From NCBI GenBank assembly GCA_034521815.1, contig JAXHLW010000013.1:1504001-1568000 (forward strand): DNA of 64,000 nt, read 5' to 3'. The position numbers and the translations under genes are program-made. Shown here piece after piece: positions 1 to 10,034 of the stretch. Origin of the DNA: Trueperaceae bacterium. Its GTDB lineage: Bacteria; Deinococcota; Deinococci; Deinococcales; Trueperaceae. The notes below the pieces were generated by a model. It did not search any database and was not told the origin of the DNA. It saw nothing but the letters and a program-made list of their open reading frames with translations. The number at the start of each line of letters is the position of its first letter. The stretch's first letter is position 1.

Positions 1-312
1 CAATCGGTCATCGCAGCGGTCTCAGCATGCGCTTCGCCTGCCCAAGTCACCTGCGCGGACCTACCATCCATGCAAGCCGACGTGCCACCCGTCCCGGTGC
101 CGTAGCGTTCCCTCGTGGTCAGCGGGCGCTCGAACGACCCGGGGCTTCCACGACCCCACGAGAACGCGCGTCCAGGACAGCGATGGCAAGGAGATGGCCC
201 CCGGATTCGAGGGGCCATGTTCCATGGGGCGCTTCGATGATCGCCCACGTCGGATCGTTCCGTTCGAAGACGCGGTCCCACTCGGCACGCGCTTCTTCGA
301 ACGGCGCAGCCC

Positions 313-500
313 CTAGTCCTTGTAGACCTCGAAGTTCTGGTACATGTTGAGCACCTCGCTTGCGGACAACGGATAGTCGAAGACCATCAGTTCGTCGATG
401 GAACCGTCGAATGGGTATCTACCGCCGCACCTACCGTCACAGGGCACGATCAGTTCACTCGATCCTACCCGCGTGAGCTGGATGGCGTCACCTATCCCCC
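313..500 (-). pseudogene. C-terminal fragment of a LamG/concanavalin-like jellyroll domain protein
   Basis: Hand translation ends ...YPFDGSIDELMVFDYPLSASEVLNMYQNFEVYKD*, matching the FxGxIDExxxxxxxLSxxE(I/V) motif at the end of LamG-like domains; in-frame stop upstream and no N-terminal part. Confidence 0.55.
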
Positions 501-703
501 TTCATGCGTCGTGGACAGGCCTTGGGCGCCCCGCGTCATGCGGACGCCATCCGATGAATGTGCTGGGGTTCACCACGACGCCGAGCGACGCAACGCACCC
601 ACGACATCCGCCACTCGAGAAGAACGCCCGTAAGACCACCCGGGGCGGCGGTCATGGATCGGAGCTGCGGTTCATAGGGCCGCGCGACGGTCCGTGAGCG
701 TCG

Positions 704-1378
704 CTATGCGGAGGCTCTCAGGGGCTCGAGGGCGGCCAGGATGAGGTCGAGGCCGAAGATGAACTCCTCCGCCGGGTCGTAGCCGGCAGCGATGAGCGCC
801 GCGGCGGACTCGTTGAGGTAGGGGAACTGGTCGGGAGGAAGCTGGGGCAGATAGACGTCCTCGGCCATGTCCGCGAACTCGTCGACGGTGTCGAACGGCA
901 GGCTGGCTTCCTGCAGGGCGAACCCGTAGACGTAGCTGTCGAGCAACCAGTTGGCGTGCGTCGCCATCAAGACCGAGAAGCCAGCCCTCCGCAGGCAGGC
1001 GGTGACCGCTTCGTGGTGGCGGAGGTTGGCGGACCCCGGCGTCGTCCGCGACTCCATCAGGCTGTTCGCCCACGGGTGGCGTGCGAGAACCTGTCGGGCG
1101 GATACCGCCCGCCGGCGTATCGCCGACTGCCAGCCGGTCTCCTCGGGCGGGAGCTCGATCTCCTCGAACACGACGTCGATCATGGCGTCCAGCAACTCCT
1201 CCTTGCTGGCGAAGTAGTGGTAGAGCGACATGGCGCCGGCGCCGAGCTCCCGCCCCAGCCTGCGCATGCTGACGGCGCCGAGACCCTCCTCGTCGGCCAG
1301 ACGAAGCGCCTCGCGCAGCACCCGCTCCGTGCTGAGCGCCGGGCGGGCCTCGCCGCCCGGCACGTCTTCCTCAGCCAT
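704..1378 (-). CDS. TetR/AcrR family transcriptional regulator (TetR_C-type C-terminal domain)
   Basis: HTH 'LSTERVLREALRLADEEGLGAVSMRRLGRELGAGAMSLYHYFASKEELLD'; C-terminal 'EEFIFGLDLIL'; ATG 1378 preferred to the longer ORF start. Confidence 0.92.
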   Translation of the reverse strand: MAEEDVPGGEARPALSTERVLREALRLADEEGLGAVSMRRLGRELGAGAMSLYHYFASKEELLDAMIDVVFEEIELPPEETGWQSAIRRRAVSARQVLARHPWANSLMESRTTPGSANLRHHEAVTACLRRAGFSVLMATHANWLLDSYVYGFALQEASLPFDTVDEFADMAEDVYLPQLPPDQFPYLNESAAALIAAGYDPAEEFIFGLDLILAALEPLRASA

Positions 1379-1405
1379 CTCGAGCTCCTCTCGGCATGGA
1401 CCCCC

Positions 1406-1459
1406 TTGACAGATCGTACACCGTGCGAGCATAGTACGGCGTACGTCGTACGGTGTACG
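1406..1459 (+). promoter_or_regulatory. Promoter (TTGACA 1406-1411, CATAGT 1430-1435) with three CGTAC-N3-GTACG-like operator copies
   Basis: CGTACACCGTGCG 1415-1427, GTACGGCGTAC 1434-1444 and CGTACGGTGTACG 1447-1459 lie between divergent tetR and DUF6326 genes. Confidence 0.7.
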
Positions 1460-1490
1460 TGCGGCGGCAGGCAAGCCCAAGGAGAACACG

Positions 1491-1967
1491 ATGACCCGAT
1501 CAGAGACCCTCCGTGCAGCGCTCGAGAACGTGGCGCTGCCGGTCCAGACCAAGCTCGCTGCGGCGTGGGCGAGCTTCATGTTCCTCTACGTGTACGTGGA
1601 CCTTCTCGGCTTCTTCAAGCCGGGCATCGTCGAGGACATCCTCGCCGGCGTCGTCTTCGAGTTCGACATCAGCCAGACCTTCTTGGTCATTGCGCTCACG
1701 TCCGTGACCATCCCGCTCCTCATGATCCTGCTCTCGATGACGCTGCCCGCCCGTGCGAACCGCACGCTCAACCTCGTCGTGGCATCGCTCTACGTCCCCT
1801 ACTCGGCATTCAACCTGGCCGGCGGGGAGTGGCTGTACTACTACGGCCTCGGCCTCGCTGTCGAACTGATCGTCCTCGCCGTCATCCTCCGGCTCGCCTG
1901 GACCTGGCCGCGGGGAGTCGCCGCGAAGCCCGAACGGCCCAGCGATCGCGCGGCGCAGCTGCGATGA
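1491..1967 (+). CDS. DUF6326-like membrane protein
   Basis: 'KLAAAWASFMFLYVYVD...FFKPG...' signature, four hydrophobic segments, SD AAGGAG upstream. Confidence 0.75.
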   Translation: MTRSETLRAALENVALPVQTKLAAAWASFMFLYVYVDLLGFFKPGIVEDILAGVVFEFDISQTFLVIALTSVTIPLLMILLSMTLPARANRTLNLVVASLYVPYSAFNLAGGEWLYYYGLGLAVELIVLAVILRLAWTWPRGVAAKPERPSDRAAQLR

Positions 1968-2037
1968 CCGTGGCACCCCCGCTCCGACGACCTCGAGCCC
2001 GGGCCGCGCGACGGCGACGGCGACCCGCCTCGCCACG

Positions 2038-3021
2038 ATGGCGGCCGCCACGCACCGACGCTACGGGCCGCCCGAGGTCCTCGAGATCGCGCGCCTCCCG
2101 GTGCCGACGTCGGGCGCGGGCCAGGTGCTGGTGCGGGTCGCGGCCGCCGCGCTCAACCCGGCCGACGTGTTCCTCATGCTCGGCCGCCCGGCGCCCATCC
2201 GGCTCATGACGGGACTGCGGCGCCCCTCTTCGAGGCACCAGGTGCGCGGGCAGGACCTCGCCGGCACCGTCGAGGCGGTCGGCACGGGCGTCACGCAGCT
2301 GAAGGCGGGCGACCGCGTCTTCGGCTCGTCCGACGGCGCGCTGGCCGAGTACGCATGCGGGAGCGAGACGTCGCTCGCCGCGATGCCCGCGCGCCTCTCG
2401 TTCGAGCAGGCCGCGGCGATCCCGATGGCGGGCCTGGCCGCCCTCCACGGGCTGCGCGACGCGGCGCGACTCGTGGCCGGCCAGCACCTCCTCGTGAACG
2501 GCGCCTCCGGCGGGATCGGCACCTTCGCGATCCAGATCGCCAAGGGGATGGGCGCCGAGGTCACGGCCGTCTGCAGCGGCGCCAACGTCGAGCTCGTGCG
2601 CGAGCTCGGCGCCGACCACGTCATCGACTACACGGCGCGCCCGCTGACCGAGGGTGCCGGGCGCTACGACGTGATCCTCGACAACGTCGCCAACCACTCG
2701 CTCGGCGCGATGCGCCGCCTGCTGACGCCGACCGGGACGCTCCTCACCAACAGCGGCGAGGTGGGGCCCGACGGCGGACCGATCGTCCGGATCCTCAAGG
2801 CCGCCCTCCACTCGATGCGGAGCAGCCAGAGGGTGAAGACGTTCCTCTCGACGCCGAACCGGGACGATCTGGCGATCCTCGCCTCGATGGCCGATGCCGG
2901 GGAGATCACCCCGGTCATCGACCGGGTCTACCCTCTGGAGCAGGCGGCGGAGGCGATGGCTCGCGTCGCCTCGCGGCGCGCGCGGGGGAAGGTCGTCGTC
3001 GTGGTGGCGTCGGGCGGGTGA
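2038..3021 (+). CDS. NAD(P)-dependent medium-chain dehydrogenase / quinone oxidoreductase-like
   Basis: 'YGPPEVL', 'AAALNPAD', 'NGASGGIG', 'LGADHVIDY', 'RARGKVVV'. Confidence 0.9.
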   Translation: MAAATHRRYGPPEVLEIARLPVPTSGAGQVLVRVAAAALNPADVFLMLGRPAPIRLMTGLRRPSSRHQVRGQDLAGTVEAVGTGVTQLKAGDRVFGSSDGALAEYACGSETSLAAMPARLSFEQAAAIPMAGLAALHGLRDAARLVAGQHLLVNGASGGIGTFAIQIAKGMGAEVTAVCSGANVELVRELGADHVIDYTARPLTEGAGRYDVILDNVANHSLGAMRRLLTPTGTLLTNSGEVGPDGGPIVRILKAALHSMRSSQRVKTFLSTPNRDDLAILASMADAGEITPVIDRVYPLEQAAEAMARVASRRARGKVVVVVASGG

Positions 3022-3355
3022 TCGTGCAGGATCCAGTCGACGAGGTCCGGGCTCTCGAACACGACGGTGGGCGCCGACACGCCGTCAGCAGCGATGCTCG
3101 CAGACGACGTGAATGGCGCGAATCCGCGACCGCAAGACCGCGGCTGCCCGAACAGGATGATCTTCCCCTCGCATTCCACCGCGGACAAGGCGGCATCGGC
3201 TACCAAGCGCCGATCGACCCCGCCACCGCGTCGAGGCCCTGGCGAACGGGATCGCCATCCGGAACGCGTGGCTCACCGTGACGTGACCGTCGTCGTCGAC
3301 GACGACGGCCCATGTGCGCGCTGGCATGCGTTCCGGGTACACCGTCCTGAATCGT

Positions 3356-3910
3356 CTACGGGTCACGCGCGATCGTGATCGGCACGCCGTTCTCGAGCGT
3401 GTCCTTGGTCACGCATAGACGGTCGGCCGCGGCATACAGCATCTCCACACGTCGCGGGTCCGTGCCTTCCTCGACCTCGAGGTGGACCGACATCTCGATC
3501 GACGGGAACCCGACGCGGACGGCCGGGTCCATGGCGAGGCACCCCCGGGCGTCGACGTCGCCACGGGCGATCACCTCGAGCGACACGATCGACACCGCCA
3601 GTCGGTCGGCGACCATGCGCAGCGTCGATTCGTAGCAACCGGCGAGCGCGGCGAGCATCATCTCGGCCGCGTTGGGCAGGTCGTTGTCACCCCCGATCTT
3701 GTCGTCGATGCCGAGCTCCCAGGCCGTCCGGGGGTAGGGGCCGTCCACCGACACCGAAACGTGGAACGGGCCCGCATCCCTCTCGGTGACGGTACGAGCC
3801 TGCTTGGGGATCAGCGCAGCTCGCGGATCCTCCCGGTACTGCTCGATGAGCGGTGCCTGGCGCTGTCTGACGATGGACGTCGCGTTCGGATTCTCAATAC
3901 GATCGTTCAT
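3356..3910 (-). CDS. OsmC/Ohr family protein
   Basis: 'GGDNDLPNAAEMMLAALAGC' ... 'GDVDARG' ... 'LCVTKDTL'; two conserved Cys. Confidence 0.85.
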   Translation of the reverse strand: MNDRIENPNATSIVRQRQAPLIEQYREDPRAALIPKQARTVTERDAGPFHVSVSVDGPYPRTAWELGIDDKIGGDNDLPNAAEMMLAALAGCYESTLRMVADRLAVSIVSLEVIARGDVDARGCLAMDPAVRVGFPSIEMSVHLEVEEGTDPRRVEMLYAAADRLCVTKDTLENGVPITIARDP

Positions 3911-3949
3911 ACTTTCTAAAGGGTACGATCGATCGTATGATCTTGTCAA
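3898..3949. promoter_or_regulatory. TetR operator palindrome TACGATCGATCGTA (3924-3937), a second copy TACGATCGTTCATA (3898-3911), and a minus-strand TTGACA/TACCCT promoter for the OsmC gene
   Basis: Perfect 14-bp palindrome between divergent genes; -35 at 3949-3944, -10 at 3925-3920. Confidence 0.7.
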
Positions 3950-3968
3950 TGACACGCGAGGAGGCACC

Positions 3969-4595
3969 TTGAGCCAGGACGAAACCCACACCGCCGACGG
4001 GCGACGACAGCGCGCCGACGGCCAACGAAGCCGCCGCCGGATCCTCGAGACGGCAGCGCGGTTGGCCACGGTGGAGGGGCTCGAGGGCCTCTCGATCGGC
4101 CGTCTCGCTGCAGCGACCGGCATGAGCAAAGGGGGCGTGTACGCCCACTTCGGATCGAAGGAGGACCTTCAGCTGGCCACCATCGACAAGGCACGAGAAA
4201 TCTTCATCGGCGTCGTCGTGCTTCCGGCAGCTGCGGCGCCGAAGGGGGTGGACCGATTGCGGGAGGTCTGCGCACGGTTCCTCGACCACGTGGACAAGCA
4301 GGTGTTCCCAGGCGGGTGCTTCTTCGCGTCGGTCGCTGCCGAGATGAGCGCCAGGCCCGGCTCCGTTCGCGATCGGATCGCCCAGGAACAGCGGGCCTGG
4401 GTCGCCCTCCTGGAGCGGTACGCCACCGAGGCGCAACGGCTCGGCCAGCTGCCCGAGGACGCCGATCCCACCCAGCTCGCCTTCGAGCTCAACGCGCTCG
4501 TCGTGGCGGCCAACACCGCCTACGTGCTCCACGGCGACCGAACCGGTCTCGAGCGCGCCGTTCGCGCGATCGAGGACCGGCTCAGCGTGGCGTGA
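3969..4595 (+). CDS. TetR/AcrR family transcriptional regulator
   Basis: HTH 'RRRILETAARLATVEGLEGLSIGRLAAATGMSKGGVYAHFGSKEDL', 'GGCFF'; TTG start after GGAGG. Confidence 0.92.
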   Translation: MSQDETHTADGRRQRADGQRSRRRILETAARLATVEGLEGLSIGRLAAATGMSKGGVYAHFGSKEDLQLATIDKAREIFIGVVVLPAAAAPKGVDRLREVCARFLDHVDKQVFPGGCFFASVAAEMSARPGSVRDRIAQEQRAWVALLERYATEAQRLGQLPEDADPTQLAFELNALVVAANTAYVLHGDRTGLERAVRAIEDRLSVA

Positions 4596-4749
4596 ACCGT
4601 CGTGTCGCTCGACCGGCGCAGACCTGATCGTTACGGCGCAGCATCGCTGAGATCGGGTGGCGGGTCGCTCGAGGTGATCCTGACGCCGTAGGCCGCCCGG
4701 GGGCACCGATTCGGCGCGGGCTTCGGGAGGTGGAACGGCGCAGGGGCCG

Positions 4750-4880
4750 CGGGTCTCCAGAGCCACGTTCGCCTTGAACGCTGGAGCGTGGTTCCTGCGG
4801 TTCTTCTTCACGTCATTCCCCACTCCGGAAGCCCGGCGCTTCCGACCCAAGGGAACTGTCCAAGATCGGGGGTCCAGCAC
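4750..4880 (-). mobile_element. IS3-family left-end remnant (IR-like end plus first ~20 codons of orfA)
   Basis: Minus strand GTGCTGGACCCCCGATCTTGGACAG, then GTG-KKNRRNHAPAFKANVALE, typical of the IS3 orfA N-terminus; similarity then stops. Confidence 0.65.
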
Positions 4881-5103
4881 TCCCCTCCAGACTCGTTGTC
4901 GTCGATGCTCGAGTAGCAAGGAAACGTCGAGCCTGCGTCGTTACCAGGATGATTCGGCTCGCATCGCACCAGATCAGGACCAGAACGAGCCCGTTCCGAG
5001 GACGCCCCGGCTTCTGCCAAAGGCGCGCGACGCACCGAAAGCGTTCCCGCTATCGTTGGCACGTTCGCCAGGGAGGTGACATCGCATGCGCTATCATGAT
5101 GCC

Positions 5104-5328
5104 GTGGAACGCACCACTCTCTCGATTCCGGGTCCACTGCTCGAACGCCTTCGCGTGGCGGCGGCAGAACGAGGCGTCTCGATGGCCGAGCTGGTGCGCG
5201 AGGCGCTAGAGGAAAAACTCGCCGCGCAGAGGCCCAAGCCGCGGAGCCTCGGTGTCGGCGCATCGGGCCGCGACGACACCGCCCGCCGGGCCGGCGACGA
5301 GCAGATCGAGCCGCGCCCATGGCGCTGA
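5104..5328 (+). CDS. vapB: Ribbon-helix-helix (CopG/VapB-type) antitoxin
   Basis: 'ERTTLSIPGPLLERLRVAAAERGVSMAELVREALE'; overlaps the PIN gene; TATCAT box 6 nt before GTG. Confidence 0.8.
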   Translation: MERTTLSIPGPLLERLRVAAAERGVSMAELVREALEEKLAAQRPKPRSLGVGASGRDDTARRAGDEQIEPRPWR

Positions 5329-5762
5329 TCCTCGATACTGGACCGCTCTACGCCGCCCTCGACCGTGACGACGCCGACCACGCCGCCTGCCGTCGGCTGC
5401 TCGAAGACGCCACCGAACCGCTCGTCGTGCCCGCCCCGGTCCTCGTCGAAGTGGAGTACTGGACGCACCGGCGCCTCGGCACCGGCGCTTGGCTCGCACT
5501 GCTCGACGACATCGACGCCGGGGCGATCGGGGTGGAGGATCTGCTGGCCGCCGACTACCGCCGCGTCCGCGAGCTCTGCGACCGCTATGCGGACGCCGAC
5601 ATAGGCTTCGTGGACGCCGCCGTCCTCGCGGTCTCCGAGCGGCTCGGCGAGCCGAAGGTGGCGACCCTCGACCGGCGCCACTTCGGGACGGTTCGGCCAC
5701 GTCACGTCGATGCGCTCACGCTCTTGCCGCTCGACGAACCTCGACCTGGGCGGCTGCCATGA
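5319..5762 (+). CDS. vapC: PIN-domain VapC toxin
   Basis: 'LILDTGPLYA', 'VLVEV', 'GFVDAAVLA', 'TLDRRHF'. Confidence 0.9.
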   Translation: MALILDTGPLYAALDRDDADHAACRRLLEDATEPLVVPAPVLVEVEYWTHRRLGTGAWLALLDDIDAGAIGVEDLLAADYRRVRELCDRYADADIGFVDAAVLAVSERLGEPKVATLDRRHFGTVRPRHVDALTLLPLDEPRPGRLP

Positions 5763-5869
5763 AGTGAGTTCCCCCTCTTGGCCCCGACGGAGCCGACGTT
5801 CCGGCCGCACCGACGGCGCGTCCCGCCCTGGCTCGAGCACTTGAAGATCCTCCTGATTGCTGCGTTGCC

Positions 5870-6045
5870 GACTACCTCGCCGCGCTTCGAGTAAGGCACC
5901 AGGATAGTCGGCTACACACGCATCTCCAGGAAGGGATCGAGCTCGATCCGGAAGCTCTTGTCCATGCTTTGTCGCTCAGGCATGCGCAACAGCCCGGTCA
6001 TCAAAGCGTTCTTCGAACGTCTGGTCGAACGCGGCACGAGAACGG
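5870..6045 (+). mobile_element. IS110-family transposase C-terminal remnant
   Basis: Reads SPRFE*GTRIVGYTRISRKGSSSIRKLLSMLCRSGMRNSPVIKAFFERLVERG, matching the IS110 'P...SG...TRISKxG...LRxxLYM...NPxIKAFYERL..RG' pattern; TAA at 5892. Confidence 0.7.
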
Positions 6046-6053
6046 CCGGCCCG

Positions 6054-7181
6054 TCAGAGCCGCACCCACCGACCGCTGGCGTGGGCCTGCAGGGCTGCGT
6101 CGACCACCCGCTGCGCCTCGTAGCCATCCGCGAAATCAGGGCTCGCCGGGCCGACACCCAGGACCGCGTCGATGAAGGCCCGCGCGCCGCCGGAGTGGGC
6201 AAGGAGACCGGTCATGGGCGTGGCTGGATCGACGCCACGCCAGTACGTGTCCGGGACCGGCAACGACTCCATGGCACCGCCCGAGCCGCGCGCACCACGG
6301 ACCGTGCACCCCTCTCGGTCGCCGCCCAACACCACGTCGACCTCGAGAGTCCCTTGCGAGCCATAGAGCCGAACCTCCTGCGCGAACGCCCGATCCCCGA
6401 GGTGCGACACCGCGCTCGCGTGCAAGGACCCGCTCGCACCGCCGACGAAGTCGAGCAGCAGCGACGCCGAGTCGTTGGCAGGCTCCAGGCGACCACCGTC
6501 GGCACCCGGTCGCTCCACGACGACCCCCAGGCGTGACGCCACACCGCGAACGTCCCCCACCAACCAACGTGCAAGGTCGATCAAGTGGACGCCCAGGTCA
6601 CCGAGCACGCCGCTCGCTCGTGCCGCATCGAACCGCCATGCGTATTCGGGTTTCCGGCCATAAGCCATGACGAAGCGGAACTCCGCATGATGGACCTTCC
6701 CGATGAACCCGCCCTGTACCAGGTCGAAGACGTAACGGTAGTACGGCATCCACCGGTAGGTGAACATCGTCATGTGCACGACGCCGGCAGCGACCGCACG
6801 GTCGCGCATCTCACGCGCATGCGCCTCCGTGAGCGCCAGCGGCTTCTCGCACAGGACGTGCAAGCCGCGGTCGATCGCGGCGATCGTGACCGAATGGTGC
6901 AGGTCGTCGGGCAACGCTACGACGACCGCGTCGAGGCCCGGCGCTGCGATCAGTTCGTTCGGATCGTGAAACACGGCGCCGACGCCGAACTCATCGGCGA
7001 AAGCCCGCGTCCTCTCGACGTCGCGTCCACACACCGCGGCGATCTCCGCCCGCGGGTGCGCGACCAACGCCGGCGCGAACGCCAAGGCGCTCCACCAACT
7101 CGTGCCGATCAGCCCGACACGCACGGGCCGAGAGGCGAACCGTTCCCACGAGCCGTCGCCAAGTTCGCCGTTCTTCTCCAT
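6054..7181 (-). CDS. Gfo/Idh/MocA family oxidoreductase
   Basis: 'VGLIGTSWW', 'HVLCEKPLA', 'GVLGDLGVHLID'. Confidence 0.92.
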   Translation of the reverse strand: MEKNGELGDGSWERFASRPVRVGLIGTSWWSALAFAPALVAHPRAEIAAVCGRDVERTRAFADEFGVGAVFHDPNELIAAPGLDAVVVALPDDLHHSVTIAAIDRGLHVLCEKPLALTEAHAREMRDRAVAAGVVHMTMFTYRWMPYYRYVFDLVQGGFIGKVHHAEFRFVMAYGRKPEYAWRFDAARASGVLGDLGVHLIDLARWLVGDVRGVASRLGVVVERPGADGGRLEPANDSASLLLDFVGGASGSLHASAVSHLGDRAFAQEVRLYGSQGTLEVDVVLGGDREGCTVRGARGSGGAMESLPVPDTYWRGVDPATPMTGLLAHSGGARAFIDAVLGVGPASPDFADGYEAQRVVDAALQAHASGRWVRL

Positions 7182-7256
7182 GCGGGATCCTAGCAGCCGC
7201 GCTGCTTGGCCGGGCGCCACGACGGCCGCTGCGGGCCGTGGCCCGCCAGTCTCCGT

Positions 7257-8675
7257 CTACGTCCGGTTGAGCTCGATCACCTGCAACGCGGCGTACGTCT
7301 CGAGACCCGAACGGCCGAACTGGTATCCGATCCCCGACCACTTCGCTCCGCCGAACGGAACTGTGGGATCGATCCCGCCGTGCTTGTTCACCCCGGCCTT
7401 GCCGACCTCGAGCCGTGCCGCGACCTCCGCGCCCCGGTCGAGATCCTGCGTCCACACCGACCCCATCAGCCCGAAGTGCGTCGCGTTCGCCCGCTCCAGC
7501 GCGTCGTCGACATCCCGGAACGGCATCACCGGCAGCGCCGGACCGAACTGCTCCTCGTCCACCAGCCGCACCCCGTCCGCGACGTCCGTGACGATCGTAG
7601 GGGGATAGAAGTAGCCCGGCCGGTCGAGCGGCGCTCCGCCGGTGACGACCTTCGCGCCCGCCCGCTTGGCGTCCTCCACGAGTTCGTCGACCCGCTCGAA
7701 CTGCGGCGCGTTGTTCAGCGGCCCCAGCTGCGTATCCGGTTCGAAGCCAGGACCGACCCGCACCCGCCTCGCGATCTCCGCCATCGCCTCGACGAGCTCT
7801 GCGTAGACGCTCTCGTGTGCGTACACGCGCTTGGCCGCGATGCACACCTGGCCGGTGTTCCCGAAGGCGCTCCAAAACAGCTTCTCGGCGATCGCCACCG
7901 GATCCGCATCCTCCAGCACGATGGCGGGGTCGTTCCCGCCGAGCTCGAGCACGAAACGCTTCAGGTCCGGAGCGGCCGCCGCCGCGACCTTCTTGCCGGT
8001 CGCTATCGATCCCGTGAAGCAGAGCATCCGCACGGCTGGGTGGTGGGTGATCGCCGCACCGAGGTCGTCGCCGCCCGACACGACGTTGAGCACCCCCGGC
8101 GGCAACACCTCCTGGAGGATCTCACCGAGGAGAAGCGTCGCGAGCGGCGTGTAGGGCGAGGGTTTGAGCACCACCGTGTTGCCCATGAGGAGCGCCGGCG
8201 CCGTCTTGACGCCAGCCAAGAACACCGGGAAGTTCCACGGCACGATCGAGCCGACCACCCCGAGCGGCCTGCGGCGCACCTCGACGCGAGCGCTCTCATC
8301 GTCTCGCAGCACGTCGTGGGGGATCTCCATGCGGGCGAACTCTCGGAACCAGTGCGCCGCGCCTCTCAGTTCGCCTTCGGCGTTGGCGAGCGGTTTTCCC
8401 TGCTCGAGGGTCAGGGTGCGAGCGAGCGTCGCCACGTTCGCCTCGATCGCTTCGGCACACGCTTCGAGCGCCGCCCGGCGCGCGGCCTCGTCGCGGCTCC
8501 AGTCGCGGAAGGCACCCTTCGCGGCGCCCATCGCGTCGTCGAGTTGCGCTGGAGTGCAGTCGGGCGCCTCGGCGAACACGGCGCCGGTGGCGGGATCGAT
8601 CACACCGAACGTCCGCTCGGGCGGTGCGAGAGCACCGCCGATCGTCATGTGGAACCCATCGTTGGTGGTGGACAC
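7257..8675 (-). CDS. Aldehyde dehydrogenase family protein
   Basis: 'PWNFP', 'FTGS', 'LELGGND', 'GQVCIA', 'EEQFGP', 'PFGGAKWSG'; own SD GGAGG before GTG 8675. Confidence 0.93.
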   Translation of the reverse strand: MSTTNDGFHMTIGGALAPPERTFGVIDPATGAVFAEAPDCTPAQLDDAMGAAKGAFRDWSRDEAARRAALEACAEAIEANVATLARTLTLEQGKPLANAEGELRGAAHWFREFARMEIPHDVLRDDESARVEVRRRPLGVVGSIVPWNFPVFLAGVKTAPALLMGNTVVLKPSPYTPLATLLLGEILQEVLPPGVLNVVSGGDDLGAAITHHPAVRMLCFTGSIATGKKVAAAAAPDLKRFVLELGGNDPAIVLEDADPVAIAEKLFWSAFGNTGQVCIAAKRVYAHESVYAELVEAMAEIARRVRVGPGFEPDTQLGPLNNAPQFERVDELVEDAKRAGAKVVTGGAPLDRPGYFYPPTIVTDVADGVRLVDEEQFGPALPVMPFRDVDDALERANATHFGLMGSVWTQDLDRGAEVAARLEVGKAGVNKHGGIDPTVPFGGAKWSGIGYQFGRSGLETYAALQVIELNRT

Positions 8676-8761
8676 GGCGACCTCCATTCGCGCGGCGAGA
8701 CCCGATAGCGGGAAGCGATCGAGCGATGCGCCCGGTGGGAGCACTGCCCGTGCCCTCCGAC

Positions 8762-9902
8762 TCACTCCAGCGTCCGCAGTCGAGCGGCGCCGACCCCAAC
8801 GGATTCCGACATCCACCGGAGGGCGTCGAGACGGTGCTGGCGGTTCGGATGGTCCAGAGCTGACTCGTACTTGTGCACGATCCGCGGCCAAGAATGGCAG
8901 GAACCACAGCGCGTTGGCCATCAAGGCGAGGTCGAGCTGGGGCTCCCACCACGCCATGTCGAAGCGGGCGCCGAGGCGGTCCTCGAGCCGGACGCGGTAC
9001 CCTTCGATCACATCCACTCTGTGGCAACATAGTCCGTGCGATGATGACGCCGACAAGAACCAAGCCAGATCGAGCGCCGGCGGCATCCGGGCGGCACGCG
9101 CCATGTCCAAGGCGACGACCTGGTGCACACCGTCACCCTCGACGCCAGGCCGCCTCACGGCGAGGTTCGCATCTCGCACGTCGTTGTGGACGAGCGTCCA
9201 CGGGTACCGGCTAAAAGCCTCGCTCAAAGCCGGGTGAGCGTTCGCCATCGCGTGCACGCGTTCGGCGGCATCGTCACCGATGAAGTCGGGCAGGACCTCC
9301 CATCCCTCGAGGATCAGGTGCAGGGCACTCGGATCCGCGAGGGATGTGGGCTCCTGGAGGAGCCGCGCCACGCGCTTCGGGGGTAGCAGCAGAAAGTCCA
9401 AAATTTCGTCCGACCGGCATAGCCCCAGATCCGGATCGAGCAACGCTGGATCAAGCCAGAACTCGGCGTGCAAGGCCGCCATGGCGTCCAGAATCACGTC
9501 GGTGTCCTCGGCCGTCATGCGAGCGCCTTGTGCCATGAGGTCATCGCGAACGTTGGTCATCAACATCGCGTGGCGCTGCTCATCCTTGGCGCAGGCGAGC
9601 ACGGCACTGGAGATCTCGGGCGGGAACCGGTCCAAGAGGCCGTGCTGCCAGACCGTGACCGAACGGCAGCGGTCGTCATGCGTGGCGCGGGCCATCCAAT
9701 CGCGCGCGCCATCGATGCGCTTGACGAACAGCCGCGGTCCCAGCTCGCCATTCAACGAGACGTTCAAGAACTCGCTCCCGGAGAATGCGCTGGTCGCGGA
9801 GAAGTCGGAGACTTGGACCTCCTTGACGTCCTCGCCGAGGAGCAGGCCGATCTCGTCGGGCCGGAGCATGGCCTCGAGGCTGGGATACAGGGGTCGAGGC
9901 AC
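8762..9902 (-). CDS. Aminoglycoside-phosphotransferase-like kinase, probable frameshift near 8890
   Basis: Brenner motif 'TLVHNDVRDANL', 'LDMA', 'DLAWFL'; a shifted frame gives a natural end 'IVHKYESALDHPNRQHRLDALRWMSESVGVGAARLRTLE*' at 8762. Confidence 0.75.
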
Positions 9903-9962
9903 GGTGTCTCCTTCGGACGAACGGGAAGCGGACGGTGAGCTTTTTCTGTAACCTTATTCGCC

Positions 9963-9991
9963 AGTATGGGACAAATGTCCCGCTATGTCTA
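9963..9991 (-). promoter_or_regulatory. Sigma70-type promoter TAGACA-17-CATACT with palindrome GGGACA-N2-TGTCCC (9968-9981) in the spacer
   Basis: Read directly; upstream of the kinase and ALDH genes. Confidence 0.65.
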
Positions 9992-10034
9992 GACGGTTCG
10001 CAGGTGGCATGCGCGCGGGGAGAGGCGCGACGGC

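Noticed and set aside
3018-3350. Possible minus-strand gene remnant downstream of the OsmC gene
   Set aside because: Protein-like stretches in two frames but no recognisable family or start signal
7257-9902. 881-aa kinase-aldehyde dehydrogenase fusion
   Set aside because: The linker looks like off-frame sequence, a shifted frame gives the kinase a natural end at 8762, and the ALDH has its own SD and GTG; probably an indel artefact
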